DNA of 64,000 nt from a virus (Duplodnaviria > Caudoviricetes), in IMG/VR virus record IMGVR_UViG_3300025674_000014; one strand, 5' to 3'. This document shows, one piece after another, positions 17,143 to 27,137 of this stretch. The stretch's first letter is position 1; each line of letters begins with the position of its first letter. The position numbers and the translations under genes were made by a program. Below the pieces are notes generated by a model. It did not search any database. It saw only the letters and a program-made list of their open reading frames with translations, and was not told the origin of the DNA.

Positions 17143-18819
17143 TTATTCTACAACAGGTAATTGAAAATTAAAATTTTCTTTAAAAGGAAACCATGATACA
17201 TCTAATGTATCATAATCACATGCACTACAACGGAAGGATTCCCAACAAAGAACGGGTCTTTCATTTAATTTAAAATTATCGTCAAATATATTACCTATAG
17301 GTTGATAATGAGGCATAGCTGAATAATCAAATAATTTTGATCTATCTATTGCACTCATACATGTAAAAACATTACCATCTGAATCTATATTAATACGTCT
17401 CATTCCTGCTGCACAATATGTAGGTTTTCTTCCTTTTATATCAGTTAAGTTTTCTAATTTATAAGAGTTAGATATACTTTCTATCTTTACTTCTTTTTGA
17501 TCTAATACTTCATCACCATCCATAGAAGGAACATTACTATATACAAAATTATCTAAATGTGGATCCACTAAACCATGTTTGTTAGAAAAATCAATAATTC
17601 GTTGAGGGTCAACTAATTTTAGGTTATCGGGATGTAAAACCATTTCAATACCTATTCTATTTTTATGTACATTTTTTAATGTGAAAAATTCTTCTAATTT
17701 ATTGAAAAAATCATCTGGGTGATCCCATTGTGTGGGGTGAATACTAAAAGCACAATAATCCCATCTAGAAAAATCGACATCTTTCCATTCATCTAAAATA
17801 AATGTTTTACCAAAATTTGAAGTCATATCAAATCTTGTATAATTATCAATAAGGTTAGTTAATGTAGGTAAACCTTTAAACAAAGAAGGTTCCCCTCCTG
17901 TAAAATAAATTTTTCTAGGTCTAATTTCATTAATTTTTTCAGCCCATTGTTCAACAGGTATGTCAAATCTAGATTTAAGTTTTCTATAAATGGATTTAGC
18001 TGACTCTTGCCAACAATAACCGCATTTCATATTACATTTCCAAGTAACAAACCATTGAATAGCTAATGGTATTGTATTAGCTACTTGAATGCTTTTCTTT
18101 AGGTTATTTTCACTTTCTTCATCTTTTAACTGCTCTAAACCTAAAAAGTCAAAATAATTCTCTCTATTAATAATACTTTTTACATCAACATTACCGGGAG
18201 ATGAAAGTTGTAGTTCAAAGTCTTCATTAAAATCTTCGTCATGTATCTCATAAGATACTGATCTTTCTCCACCTGAATAAATTTCAACTGACTCTTTTCT
18301 ATTTTGAGTTTCAATTGTCAATCTTGTTCGTTTTTCTTGATGTAATATATAAATTATGTCAATAAATTTTGACTTTAATTTTTCAGGTTTATATACGTTA
18401 AATTTTATATCATCGTCAATAAAAAAATCTGAAGCTTGAAAAGCTAACTCTTTAATAAAATCTCTATCTTCAGATATATAATCTATACATTCAAATCTTA
18501 TATTATTAAAATATATATTTTCTACAAATTCTTTATCTTGTTCTTGTATTAAATCGTGTAAGTTAATAGGTATTTTATAATAATGCCAACCAGGGTTAAT
18601 ATTTAATTCTTTAGCAATAATATCATATTTTTCTACATGCGGATAATATATTATAATTTTTTTACTTTTAGCAGTACCGATATTGAAATATAAAAATCTT
18701 TTATTGTCTGAATTTTCAAAAAATAAACTACAATTTTTACTTGCCCATCTAAAATTACGGCCTGTATCATCCTGTTCAATTATATCCCAACCAGCTGTGA
18801 AATTTTTATCGTTCATCAT
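17143..18819 (-). CDS. radical SAM protein with SPASM/Twitch domain and long N-terminal extension
   Basis: CNMKCGYC, FTGGEP, TSN, C.AG...I.IDSDG.V..C...GNI...C...C..CD. Confidence 0.8.
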   Translation of the reverse strand: MMNDKNFTAGWDIIEQDDTGRNFRWASKNCSLFFENSDNKRFLYFNIGTAKSKKIIIYYPHVEKYDIIAKELNINPGWHYYKIPINLHDLIQEQDKEFVENIYFNNIRFECIDYISEDRDFIKELAFQASDFFIDDDIKFNVYKPEKLKSKFIDIIYILHQEKRTRLTIETQNRKESVEIYSGGERSVSYEIHDEDFNEDFELQLSSPGNVDVKSIINRENYFDFLGLEQLKDEESENNLKKSIQVANTIPLAIQWFVTWKCNMKCGYCWQESAKSIYRKLKSRFDIPVEQWAEKINEIRPRKIYFTGGEPSLFKGLPTLTNLIDNYTRFDMTSNFGKTFILDEWKDVDFSRWDYCAFSIHPTQWDHPDDFFNKLEEFFTLKNVHKNRIGIEMVLHPDNLKLVDPQRIIDFSNKHGLVDPHLDNFVYSNVPSMDGDEVLDQKEVKIESISNSYKLENLTDIKGRKPTYCAAGMRRINIDSDGNVFTCMSAIDRSKLFDYSAMPHYQPIGNIFDDNFKLNERPVLCWESFRCSACDYDTLDVSWFPFKENFNFQLPVVE

Positions 18820-20728
18820 ATACCTTTCTTATAATTTGTTCTGCATGGTCTTTTTTAGGTACACCCCAAAGATGTAAGCTATCATACCATTTATTAAATT
18901 CACCCATATTTTTAACGTTTTTAATATTATAATTTATTAAGTATGGGTAATCTTTACCTAAAAAATCTTCCTGACCTCCATATGCATTAGTTGCAATTTT
19001 TTTACCATAATTATAAGCTTCATGTAGAACTAATCCAAAAGCTTCACCTCTATGCATACTAAAATAGCAATCACCAACGCTATGAAAAGATTGCAATTCT
19101 TTTTGAGATAATTTTTCTACTATTATAAAAATATTTGGTTTTATTATATATTCATTTAATTTATCTAAAACATATTTTTTATTTTCTTCTGTATAATCTT
19201 TATAGTGAGTTTTTATTAAAAATTGTACATCTTTGTTGTTATTAAAAACTTTATCAAAAACTTCTAAAGAATCTATTATACCTTTTCTTTCATTAAATTC
19301 ACTTATATTATAAAATGTAAATTTGTTATTATCTAATTTTTTACCATCTATAGAAACGATATTAACATCATCTATATTAGGTAATTCTTCTTTAAAAAAT
19401 AAATGAGGTTTTATTTCAATTGGTACGGTAATGCCGCTTTCAATATAAACTCTTTTATTATATTCGGAAGGTACCTGAAGCAAATCTACATTTTCGTTAA
19501 TTAAAGGTACCCATGAATGATGTAATGTTTCAGTTTCCCAAACCGAATAACCAATTACCTTTGTATCTTTAAATGTTTCTCCATATACTTCTCTATATGA
19601 AGGCCAAAGATCTGGTGTACAATGTAAATAAATTTCATCATATTTCAAATCAGTATGCTCTATTTGTAACCCCTTACAAATTAAATCTAATTCTGTTCTA
19701 CATTCAACACTTTGATCAAATTTTAAAGGTAACCAATCAACATGATGACCTTGTTTGTAAAAATCGTATATATAACCTTTTGCTGCTTTAGCATAACCAC
19801 TAGTACCGGATTGACCGATATAAAATATTTTCTTTTTATTGGATTTTATAGTAACTGTATTAGGTTCATTTAATTTTTTAAAACCATTTTTTCTTAAAAA
19901 GAAATCAACATCAGAAAAGTTACAATTTTCACCATTTTTAAAAATTAAACTATTATCTCTAAAGTATTGACAGTTTGATACCCATGTATCGGTTTCCTGA
20001 ATACAATTCTTTTTTAAACCTTCAGCTAGTGAATAACAAAAAGATTGGTTACCTATAAAAACCGCACATTCGGAAATAATATTAAAAACATCAATTAATT
20101 TAGGTGTTTCTATATAATTTACTTCACCAAATCTGTTACAAAAATCTTCATATTCTTCTTTATGACCAACAAATCGTATATTTTTATTAAAGTTAGAAAC
20201 TATTTCAGTCCATGGAAATTTATCATTATGGTATTTTAATGATCTGTTTACTACAATAAATTCAGATTGAGATATTTTATTTGTTAGCCATTTGTTACGA
20301 CAGACAGTAGTTGGTACTTTTAGTAAATTTGAAAAAAGAGTCGAAATATTTGTATGTCTTAATTTATCAACTTCATTATCATTTAATTTATTATTATTCC
20401 AATCAATAAATCTATTTTTAAATTGATTTAAGTCAATAGCATTTTCAGGTAATGTTTCAGAAAAATAAACATTTTTTATATAAGACTGTTGAAGTAAAAT
20501 TTCAGATAATTGATTTACTAAATTTTCATCTAAAACTTTATAATTAGGGAATTTATTAAATTGACCCCCTATATATAAATTACCACCACCTAAATATTTT
20601 ATAGAAGGTAGGCTGTATATAATATCCCCTAGTTCGCCACAAATATAAAAATCATTTTGATTTTTATTATTTTTAGCCTCCGCGGTTAATTTTTTTTTTA
20701 TTCTTTTTACTAAGATACCAGGCATCAC
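18806..20728 (-). CDS. two-domain glycosyltransferase (GT9-like N-terminal + GT4-like C-terminal)
   Basis: GELGDIIYSLP...FIGNQSF.YSLAEG; then GTSGYA.AA...RKG...HRGEAFGL...EA. Confidence 0.7.
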   Translation of the reverse strand: MMPGILVKRIKKKLTAEAKNNKNQNDFYICGELGDIIYSLPSIKYLGGGNLYIGGQFNKFPNYKVLDENLVNQLSEILLQQSYIKNVYFSETLPENAIDLNQFKNRFIDWNNNKLNDNEVDKLRHTNISTLFSNLLKVPTTVCRNKWLTNKISQSEFIVVNRSLKYHNDKFPWTEIVSNFNKNIRFVGHKEEYEDFCNRFGEVNYIETPKLIDVFNIISECAVFIGNQSFCYSLAEGLKKNCIQETDTWVSNCQYFRDNSLIFKNGENCNFSDVDFFLRKNGFKKLNEPNTVTIKSNKKKIFYIGQSGTSGYAKAAKGYIYDFYKQGHHVDWLPLKFDQSVECRTELDLICKGLQIEHTDLKYDEIYLHCTPDLWPSYREVYGETFKDTKVIGYSVWETETLHHSWVPLINENVDLLQVPSEYNKRVYIESGITVPIEIKPHLFFKEELPNIDDVNIVSIDGKKLDNNKFTFYNISEFNERKGIIDSLEVFDKVFNNNKDVQFLIKTHYKDYTEENKKYVLDKLNEYIIKPNIFIIVEKLSQKELQSFHSVGDCYFSMHRGEAFGLVLHEAYNYGKKIATNAYGGQEDFLGKDYPYLINYNIKNVKNMGEFNKWYDSLHLWGVPKKDHAEQIIRKVYDER

Positions 20729-21561
20729 TCGATGTCAATGTTTCTGCTCAAAACTTTTTTCTCAAAACCATAAGGTAATTCAAAGTCCTGAACATCTTCT
20801 GTTAAGTTAATAAAATTGTTAATACAACTACACATTGCATTACCTTCAACTCTTACATTATTAGGTTTAACAACAACAGGTGTAATGTGTTTATCCTTAA
20901 AACCTAACTGTTCAATATATGTAAAATCTTTAGCTTGTTCAATCTGAGTTTGACCGTCTGGTAATTTAAAAGATTCTTGATCAATATTTCCTTTTTCATC
21001 CCAGTCAAAATCCTTTAACTGACTCATATCCTGATAAACGTAAAGAATATGGAATTTGTCGTTACCATATTGATTGGTTAAAATATCAGATACTTGAGAT
21101 AATTGATCTAAATCATAACTTACAGGGTTAGCATCATATTGAGCAGCATGATCTGGCCACTTAGACCAGTACCATACATATTTGTGTCTAACAAAAAGTA
21201 AACGACGTTTATTCTCTTTAATTAGTTTAACTAAACGCTTACTTCTTCTAGTATATATCTCAGTTGTAGCTTCTACATTGATCTTATCGGTTTCCTGATC
21301 ATTTTCATCATTGTAATAAATTACATGAGCAAAATCGACACCACTGTCAGGGTAAAAATCTTTAAACTCATTTTTGAATATTTTAGGAAGTACGTCAATT
21401 TTAGTAACTTGCCAATCGAAAGGGAAAGATGATTTCCTCATGTAGTTTAGTGATTGCCCAACACAACAACGGTGTCCTAAACTTACGAAATAATCGAATT
21501 CTTTGTCGAATAAAGAATCTTCAGGGGCTTTATGAAAATTAGGAACTATCCAATCTGACAT
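20725..21561 (-). CDS. DUF1796 putative papain-like cysteine peptidase
   Basis: FVSLGHRC......SFPFDW, F.H, Y.RR..RL. Confidence 0.6.
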   Translation of the reverse strand: MSDWIVPNFHKAPEDSLFDKEFDYFVSLGHRCCVGQSLNYMRKSSFPFDWQVTKIDVLPKIFKNEFKDFYPDSGVDFAHVIYYNDENDQETDKINVEATTEIYTRRSKRLVKLIKENKRRLLFVRHKYVWYWSKWPDHAAQYDANPVSYDLDQLSQVSDILTNQYGNDKFHILYVYQDMSQLKDFDWDEKGNIDQESFKLPDGQTQIEQAKDFTYIEQLGFKDKHITPVVVKPNNVRVEGNAMCSCINNFINLTEDVQDFELPYGFEKKVLSRNIDIE

Positions 21562-21566
21562 ATATT

Positions 21567-21594
21567 AATTTAAGTTACTAAATTAAACTTTCAA
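21567..21594 (-). promoter_or_regulatory. early/middle-type promoter for 21561 glycan block
   Basis: TTGAAA-N16-TAAATT, ATG 5 nt later. Confidence 0.7.
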
Positions 21595-22332
21595 TGCTTT
21601 ATCCCAAAGTAGCAAATGTAACCTAGGACTAAAGTTAAAGTGATACTCTTTAGCAAGCTCAGCAACATCTGCTGCAACTCTAATATGTTCTTCACGACTA
21701 CCAGCACAAGGCATCAACCAAACACGACCAGTTGGTATATCAAACTTATCAACATACTCAGTCATAATTTCTTCCATATCACGGTGACTTTGTACTACAA
21801 ACTTAAACCCTGAATTATGCATTGTATGCCAATCGAGCACCTCTTCAATATAACGCTTGCCTTTAGGATCGCCATTTGACTTTAGTTTAGGTGAAGTAGT
21901 AAATGTAGCTTGGAACTCATCTATCCATCGATCTGAAGGATATATAGTTGCATTAGTTTCAAAATCGATACGAGGTACAAAACCCCACTCTTGTTTCAAG
22001 TAATCGATGAACTTAAGAAGTTTAGCTTGCTGGATAAGAGGTTCGCCACCAGTTAGTTTAAGAATAGCACCATTAAATAAATGATCTTTATAACCATTAT
22101 CTTCTAGCATACACCTAATATGGTAAAATGACATCTTATTCTTAATACTCCATGAAATATAACTATCACAACCATATGGTGCATCTTCAGACTTAAACCC
22201 AATACACGTTAGGTTACACATCGACATTCTCATAAACACCGATGGCATGCCTACATACTCACCTTCACCTTCTATAGTATAGAAAATTTTATCATCACTA
22301 AGAAATATAGTCTCATCCTTAAGTTCAATCAT
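21583..22332 (-). CDS. queE: 7-carboxy-7-deazaguanine synthase (radical SAM)
   Basis: FYTIEGEG...G.PSVF.R...CNL.C, LTGGEPL, ETN, SPKL, KFVV, LMP, FSPRLH..LW. Confidence 0.85.
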   Translation of the reverse strand: MIELKDETIFLSDDKIFYTIEGEGEYVGMPSVFMRMSMCNLTCIGFKSEDAPYGCDSYISWSIKNKMSFYHIRCMLEDNGYKDHLFNGAILKLTGGEPLIQQAKLLKFIDYLKQEWGFVPRIDFETNATIYPSDRWIDEFQATFTTSPKLKSNGDPKGKRYIEEVLDWHTMHNSGFKFVVQSHRDMEEIMTEYVDKFDIPTGRVWLMPCAGSREEHIRVAADVAELAKEYHFNFSPRLHLLLWDKALKV

Positions 22333-22338
22333 ATTATT

Positions 22339-22366
22339 ATTATAGTATAGACAACTAACTCTTCAA
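22339..22366 (-). promoter_or_regulatory. early/middle-type promoter for queE
   Basis: TTGAAG-N16-TATAAT, ATG 6 nt later. Confidence 0.8.
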
Positions 22367-22369
22367 GCA

Positions 22370-22375
22370 TAAATA
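22370..22375 (+). promoter_or_regulatory. gp55-type late promoter (phoH)
   Basis: TAAATA, ATG 7 nt later. Confidence 0.65.
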
Positions 22376-22382
22376 CTTGTAT

Positions 22383-23123
22383 ATGGGAAGAAAAAACTCG
22401 CGGTTAGCCGCAATTTTCGAACCGGAATCATTTAATACAAATGATTATGAACAACAAAATTGGGAACTAAACTTTAACATTAAGTCGAAGTTTAAATTTT
22501 CTGAAAAGCATCAAAGGTTTATACAAACCTTAATAGATGAAAAGACGAAAATGGTATTTGCAGATGGGTTTGCAGGTACAGCTAAAACATATTTGTCAGT
22601 TTATGGAGCATTGACATTATTAGAAGCGAGAAAGGTAGAGCAAATTATTTACCTGCGAAGTGTAGTTGAATCAGCTACGCAAAAGATTGGCCATTTGCCA
22701 GGTGAATTAGATCAAAAATTCCAACCTTATTCCTTACCATTAATAGACAAACTTGATGAGTTAGTTTCTAAGACCACTTCAGATAAATTAGTTAAACAAG
22801 AGTATATCAAATGTCTCCCTGTTAATTTCACAAGAGGTTTAACATTTCATAACTCCGTTGTTATAATTGATGAAGCACAAAATCTCACAAGGCAAGAGCT
22901 TGTTACTTTATTAACAAGATGCGGTGAAGAAACAAAGTATGTTATTATTGGTGATACTAACCAAAGTGACATTAACGGTAAATCAGGGTTTAAACCTATC
23001 TTACAGGCATTTGATACCGATAATAGTGTAGTTAACGGTATTCATACATTTAAGTTTGAAAAATCTGAAATTGTAAGAAGCAAGTTACTTAAACACATTG
23101 TTCAGGTATTGGAATCTGTTTGA
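22383..23123 (+). CDS. phoH: PhoH-like ATPase
   Basis: G.AGTAKT, IGHLPG...K, RG.TF....IIDEAQN, GD..QSD, IVRS; start moved to 22383 to match late promoter. Confidence 0.9.
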   Translation: MGRKNSRLAAIFEPESFNTNDYEQQNWELNFNIKSKFKFSEKHQRFIQTLIDEKTKMVFADGFAGTAKTYLSVYGALTLLEARKVEQIIYLRSVVESATQKIGHLPGELDQKFQPYSLPLIDKLDELVSKTTSDKLVKQEYIKCLPVNFTRGLTFHNSVVIIDEAQNLTRQELVTLLTRCGEETKYVIIGDTNQSDINGKSGFKPILQAFDTDNSVVNGIHTFKFEKSEIVRSKLLKHIVQVLESV

Positions 23124-23287
23124 TTCTTTTCCATCTCAAGTAACTCTTTAAGAGCCTCTTCAGGCGATATTGTTTTTATATCAGCCTGAAGAGGTATTTT
23201 TTCGTCTGGAGAAGGCTTTGATATCTCTGCCATTTTAGCAAAAACATCTTGCTGTAATTTATTAATTGTTGGATCTCTTTCTATCAT
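23102..23287 (-). CDS. hypothetical protein
   Basis: 61 aa; ATGA overlap with queD. Confidence 0.5.
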   Translation of the reverse strand: MIERDPTINKLQQDVFAKMAEISKPSPDEKIPLQADIKTISPEEALKELLEMEKNQTDSNT

Positions 23288-23967
23288 CTCATACTATCAC
23301 CACTCTTGGTAGACCAAGAAGTACCACCAAACATATCACCTAAACCTTGTGATACTTTATTTCCAACAGCTGCTGGAATAGAACCATCTGGGTTAATTTT
23401 CAACCCTTCTTTAGTATACTTAGTTTCATCTTTGATTGCTGGTGTATTTTCAGGTGTAATAGGTTGGAATTCATCTTTTTTAATTTCTTCTTTACTTTCT
23501 TCTTCCTTAAAGGTCATTTTCTGTACATGCTTATTAGTATATGTAGCACTATTGCTCTCATGTTCCCAAACTTCAACCTTTTCTACATCACACCTACCTT
23601 CAGTCATTGCTGATACATAGATACTTGCAATATCAAAACACTTCTTAGCAAACATTTCAATACCAACTCCATCATCAATACGAAGATCAATAACACCTTT
23701 ACGATTTAAATCATTAAAGTCATCAAGGAAAGGATCGTGCTTAGAAATAATAGTAGTATGATCGAAGTGTTGTTGTAGTTTTTCTTTTAGCCCTTTAAGG
23801 CCACCAAAATCTACAACCCAGTTATTTTCATCTAGTTCATTACAACTAAACCAAAATTTAGCAGTTAACCTATAACCGTGAAGAAATCTACAATGTGACT
23901 TAGCTTGAGGTTGACGAAACGCACAGCTACCAAGTTCAATTACTTTAGTACTTTCAAAATTAGCCAT
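23284..23967 (-). CDS. queD: 6-carboxy-5,6,7,8-tetrahydropterin synthase with C-terminal extension
   Basis: SHCRFLHGY, VVDFG, DH, E.FA, V.VWEH..N.A. Confidence 0.85.
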   Translation of the reverse strand: MANFESTKVIELGSCAFRQPQAKSHCRFLHGYRLTAKFWFSCNELDENNWVVDFGGLKGLKEKLQQHFDHTTIISKHDPFLDDFNDLNRKGVIDLRIDDGVGIEMFAKKCFDIASIYVSAMTEGRCDVEKVEVWEHESNSATYTNKHVQKMTFKEEESKEEIKKDEFQPITPENTPAIKDETKYTKEGLKINPDGSIPAAVGNKVSQGLGDMFGGTSWSTKSGDSMR

Positions 23968-23972
23968 ACCTT

Positions 23973-24000
23973 ATACTAAGATATGTTCCGTTTCTTTCAA
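23973..24000 (-). promoter_or_regulatory. early/middle-type promoter for queD
   Basis: TTGAAA-N16-TAGTAT, ATG 5 nt later. Confidence 0.75.
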
Positions 24001-24302
24001 CTCTTTTTCTTTTTAAACGGTCTAGGACACTTAGTTCCTTTAACATGGGTATGACCACATCTACCGCAATAAGTAGCTTTTTTAGCCTCTAATAAAGCAT
24101 CTTTACTAATATATTGTGAGGCTATTTCATCCATTTTAGATTTACCAGCTTGGTTAAGAGCTATAGCTACTGCTTGTTTCTGAGCTTTATTTTTAGAAGA
24201 AGGTTTACTAGTACCTATTTTACCTTTTTTCTTATAGGATCCCATAAGCTCACTAATGTTATCACCTATAATCTTGTCTGTTTTACCTTTCTTAAGCGGC
24301 AT
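23997..24302 (-). CDS. small basic protein with C-terminal CxxC-H-C knuckle
   Basis: MPLKKG...NISELM...QAVAIAL..AG; [14 protein letters not shown]. Confidence 0.55.
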   Translation of the reverse strand: MPLKKGKTDKIIGDNISELMGSYKKKGKIGTSKPSSKNKAQKQAVAIALNQAGKSKMDEIASQYISKDALLEAKKATYCGRCGHTHVKGTKCPRPFKKKKS

Positions 24303-24741
24303 TTTTTAATACTTTCTTATATAATGTAGTTAAATCTTTATCCGATAGACCACTTTGTTTTAGATATACTTCAATATCTTCAATATCGTTAGTATTCTTT
24401 ATTTGTTCCATAACTTTATTATCTAATTGTTTAGATAATTTTTTAGCAATAAACTTCTTAAACATTTTTACAGCTCCTGGTTTATTAGGTGTTATTACTG
24501 GTTTCTTTACACTAAAAATACCTGGCATTGAACCACCTGGCATTAAAACTTTTAGCAAAGGAGGTATACCACCGACCATTGGTCCACCACAAGCCTCGTT
24601 TGTAAGTTCATGTAAAACAAACCCTTCATAACTTTCACTCTCTTCAAAGCCCTGATTAAGAGTTGGATCTACTTTGAACCTAATATACCTTAACCCTTTG
24701 CTCTTTAAGCACTCGGTTAATATACTGTCAAAGTCTTTCAT
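24292..24741 (-). CDS. hypothetical late protein
   Basis: TAAATA promoter; [11 protein letters not shown]-terminus. Confidence 0.55.
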   Translation of the reverse strand: MKDFDSILTECLKSKGLRYIRFKVDPTLNQGFEESESYEGFVLHELTNEACGGPMVGGIPPLLKVLMPGGSMPGIFSVKKPVITPNKPGAVKMFKKFIAKKLSKQLDNKVMEQIKNTNDIEDIEVYLKQSGLSDKDLTTLYKKVLKNAA

Positions 24742-24748
24742 ACATTAG

Positions 24749-24754
24749 TATTTA
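24749..24754 (-). promoter_or_regulatory. gp55-type late promoter
   Basis: TAAATA, ATG 7 nt later. Confidence 0.7.
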
Positions 24755-25819
24755 ATCAGATTTGTAATTGATTACGTCAAGTAGGGTTGTATAAAATGGT
24801 TTCTTACTGTTACCATGATAACAAGGTTCACCTTCATGACCGTGATTCCAGTTATCGAACCAAAATAGATTATAACCATGAATTTGAGATATAATACTAT
24901 AATAAGGTTCCTCAGTAAACGGAACTAAATCATGTTCATCAGTAAACCTGTTAAATATTTTCATATATAAAGGTAGTATAACATTATCTAGTTCTTCAAA
25001 TTTACCTCCAAAGAAAGTACCTACTGTCCAGGCAGGGTATTCCTGATTAACATCAGGTGCATTTACACAAGTTTTTATATTGAAAATCTTTTTGTTTGGA
25101 TTATCATTACCCCACCTTCTATTACCTACTTCCCAATCAAATAGTTCTTTAAATATTAAACTTGTTTTTACACCGAAATCTTCCCAATCAGCTTCTGATA
25201 ATCTATCGTTTTGTTGATCTTGGGTGATAAAAAACCAATCTTTATCTTCAAATATACGTTTTATACCGTCAGTAATTTTTTCGTTAAAAATATTATTTTT
25301 ATTTTCAGGCCAAAAATGTGAATCAGGGTATTGTTCGTCAAGTTGGTGTGGGTATACATATTCTGCACCACCTAATGATAAAGGAATTTTACACCATTCA
25401 GATACACCAGCATCAATCCAAAAAACCCTATCACAACCCCATGGGTTATCTTTTGCCATACTACACCATTTTAACTTCCAATGGCAAAGTAATTCATTTC
25501 TTGGTGCATAAATCATTTTACGTTTATTACCTTCATGATCTACATCGTGCCAAATAAATTTGTTTTTAGTTTCTAAAATTTCATATGATCTTGGCCATTC
25601 AAATAAATCTAAACCAATAACTTGAAAATCTTTCCAAAAAGGTTTTAACCATTCGGTTATTTGATCAACCATATGAGGCCAGCAATATAATTGCATTGGC
25701 ATATTAAGCTTAGATAAATTTTTTAAGGAACCTACATATAAAGCCTCGTCATTATCCTTACCACCCATTACCCAATCGGATCTACCATTGTAAACACATG
25801 TAACTAAAACCGGTTTCAT
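24752..25819 (-). CDS. HtrL/YibB (WlaTC-like) glycosyltransferase-like protein
   Basis: LVT.VY, K...C...NP.....FWIDAG, G.FFGG, TEE; paralogue at 43281. Confidence 0.55.
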   Translation of the reverse strand: MKPVLVTCVYNGRSDWVMGGKDNDEALYVGSLKNLSKLNMPMQLYCWPHMVDQITEWLKPFWKDFQVIGLDLFEWPRSYEILETKNKFIWHDVDHEGNKRKMIYAPRNELLCHWKLKWCSMAKDNPWGCDRVFWIDAGVSEWCKIPLSLGGAEYVYPHQLDEQYPDSHFWPENKNNIFNEKITDGIKRIFEDKDWFFITQDQQNDRLSEADWEDFGVKTSLIFKELFDWEVGNRRWGNDNPNKKIFNIKTCVNAPDVNQEYPAWTVGTFFGGKFEELDNVILPLYMKIFNRFTDEHDLVPFTEEPYYSIISQIHGYNLFWFDNWNHGHEGEPCYHGNSKKPFYTTLLDVINYKSD

Positions 25820-26400
25820 ATCATTTCGTATTTTAAAAACTCAAAATCCTCTTTATAATAATTGTTTAAAAGATCTAATGTTTCTCTTTTTATCTCACTA
25901 ACTAACTCAGATGTATTTATACTACTCTTATTCTCATGAGGTAAACTTGGAGAGAAATTGTTTGAAGTTGCTAGTAACTCAAAATCTTCCTTTAAATTTT
26001 CAAATCTTAATATCTGACTATAAACTATATTGTTATTAAAATATCTCTTTTGTGGTAAATTATGGTCTGTTATAGCTAAAGGAATTCTGGTAACAAAATT
26101 ATGAAATTTATCTGGTGTAAATTCACCCTCTCTATATATAAACTCAGATATCATTTTTGTATAAGGGTTTCTTACTATGGTAAATTTTTTACTGTTTTTG
26201 TACAATTCTGGGTAATGTTGTTCAATTAAATCTGGAGTAAAATGCTGAGGAGCAAATATTATATTGTTATAACGTTCTTCAGTATAGGTAAAACATTCAT
26301 CTCTATTTTGTTTATCTATTCCAAACTTCTTTTCAATTGAAGAACCACCGGTTTTAGGTATATGTACAAATAGTAAGTTGTAATCTAAAAGGAATGGCAT
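25816..26400 (-). CDS. sulfotransferase family 2
   Basis: FVHIPKTGGSS (5'-PSB), FTIVRNPY..MISEF (3'-PB), RFENL.EDF, Y.EDF..L.Y. Confidence 0.8.
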   Translation of the reverse strand: MPFLLDYNLLFVHIPKTGGSSIEKKFGIDKQNRDECFTYTEERYNNIIFAPQHFTPDLIEQHYPELYKNSKKFTIVRNPYTKMISEFIYREGEFTPDKFHNFVTRIPLAITDHNLPQKRYFNNNIVYSQILRFENLKEDFELLATSNNFSPSLPHENKSSINTSELVSEIKRETLDLLNNYYKEDFEFLKYEMI

Positions 26401-26406
26401 TAAGTT

Positions 26407-26412
26407 TATTTA
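26407..26412 (-). promoter_or_regulatory. gp55-type late promoter (sulfotransferase-HtrL operon)
   Basis: TAAATA, ATG 6 nt later. Confidence 0.7.
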
Positions 26413-26417
26413 AACAG

Positions 26418-26445
26418 TTGAACCTAAAAGTAAATATCCTATTAT
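26418..26445 (+). promoter_or_regulatory. early/middle-type promoter for folE
   Basis: TTGAAC-N16-TATTAT, ATG 6 nt later. Confidence 0.8.
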
Positions 26446-26451
26446 TTTAGT

Positions 26452-27108
26452 ATGACTGACGAACAGAGAGTAAAAGAATTTGTACTACCGACGGCTAATA
26501 GTTCGGTAGCATTGACAGATGAACAGCAAAGCATTGTTATTGAAAATGCTGCTAAAGCTTATGAAGCATTCCTAGATGCACTTGGTTTTGATTGGCGTAA
26601 AGACCCTAATAGTGATAATACACCGCATCGTGTAGCTAAGTCTTTCGTTAAAGATCTTATTGCAGGTTGTTATAATGCACCTCCAAAAGTTACTTCGTTT
26701 CCATCTGATGGTTACGATGGTATAGTTGCTCAGACTAATATTCCCGTTAAAAGTCTCTGCAGTCATCATCATCTTGCGTTCACCGGTCGAGCGCATGTTG
26801 CATACATACCTTCACTAGAAGGGCGTGTTATTGGTCTGAGTAAACTAAACCGTATTGTCGAATATTATGCTCGTCGTCCTCAAATTCAGGAAGGTATGAC
26901 AATGCAAATTCATAAAGCTATTGATAAGGTTTGTGAATTGAATAAAGGTGTTGCTGTAGTTATTAAAGCTACCCATACTTGTGCATGTCTTAGGGGTGTT
27001 AAGCATGATGGTTGTTCGATGGTTACTTCTAAACTATCAAAAGACTTTATGGATGATGTTAAGACTCGTAAAGAGTTTTATGACTTTATCCGTATGGCTG
27101 AGTCTTGA
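26452..27108 (+). CDS. folE: GTP cyclohydrolase I
   Basis: TP.RVAK, SLCSHHHL.F.G, GLSKL.R.V....RRPQIQE, H.C...RG, R.EF. Confidence 0.95.
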   Translation: MTDEQRVKEFVLPTANSSVALTDEQQSIVIENAAKAYEAFLDALGFDWRKDPNSDNTPHRVAKSFVKDLIAGCYNAPPKVTSFPSDGYDGIVAQTNIPVKSLCSHHHLAFTGRAHVAYIPSLEGRVIGLSKLNRIVEYYARRPQIQEGMTMQIHKAIDKVCELNKGVAVVIKATHTCACLRGVKHDGCSMVTSKLSKDFMDDVKTRKEFYDFIRMAES

Positions 27109-27126
27109 TTCAAAAATTTAGTTGAA

Positions 27127-27132
27127 TAAATA
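27127..27132 (+). promoter_or_regulatory. gp55-type late promoter (also has TTGATT 16 nt upstream)
   Basis: TAAATA, GTG 5 nt later. Confidence 0.6.
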
Positions 27133-27137
27133 ATTCC

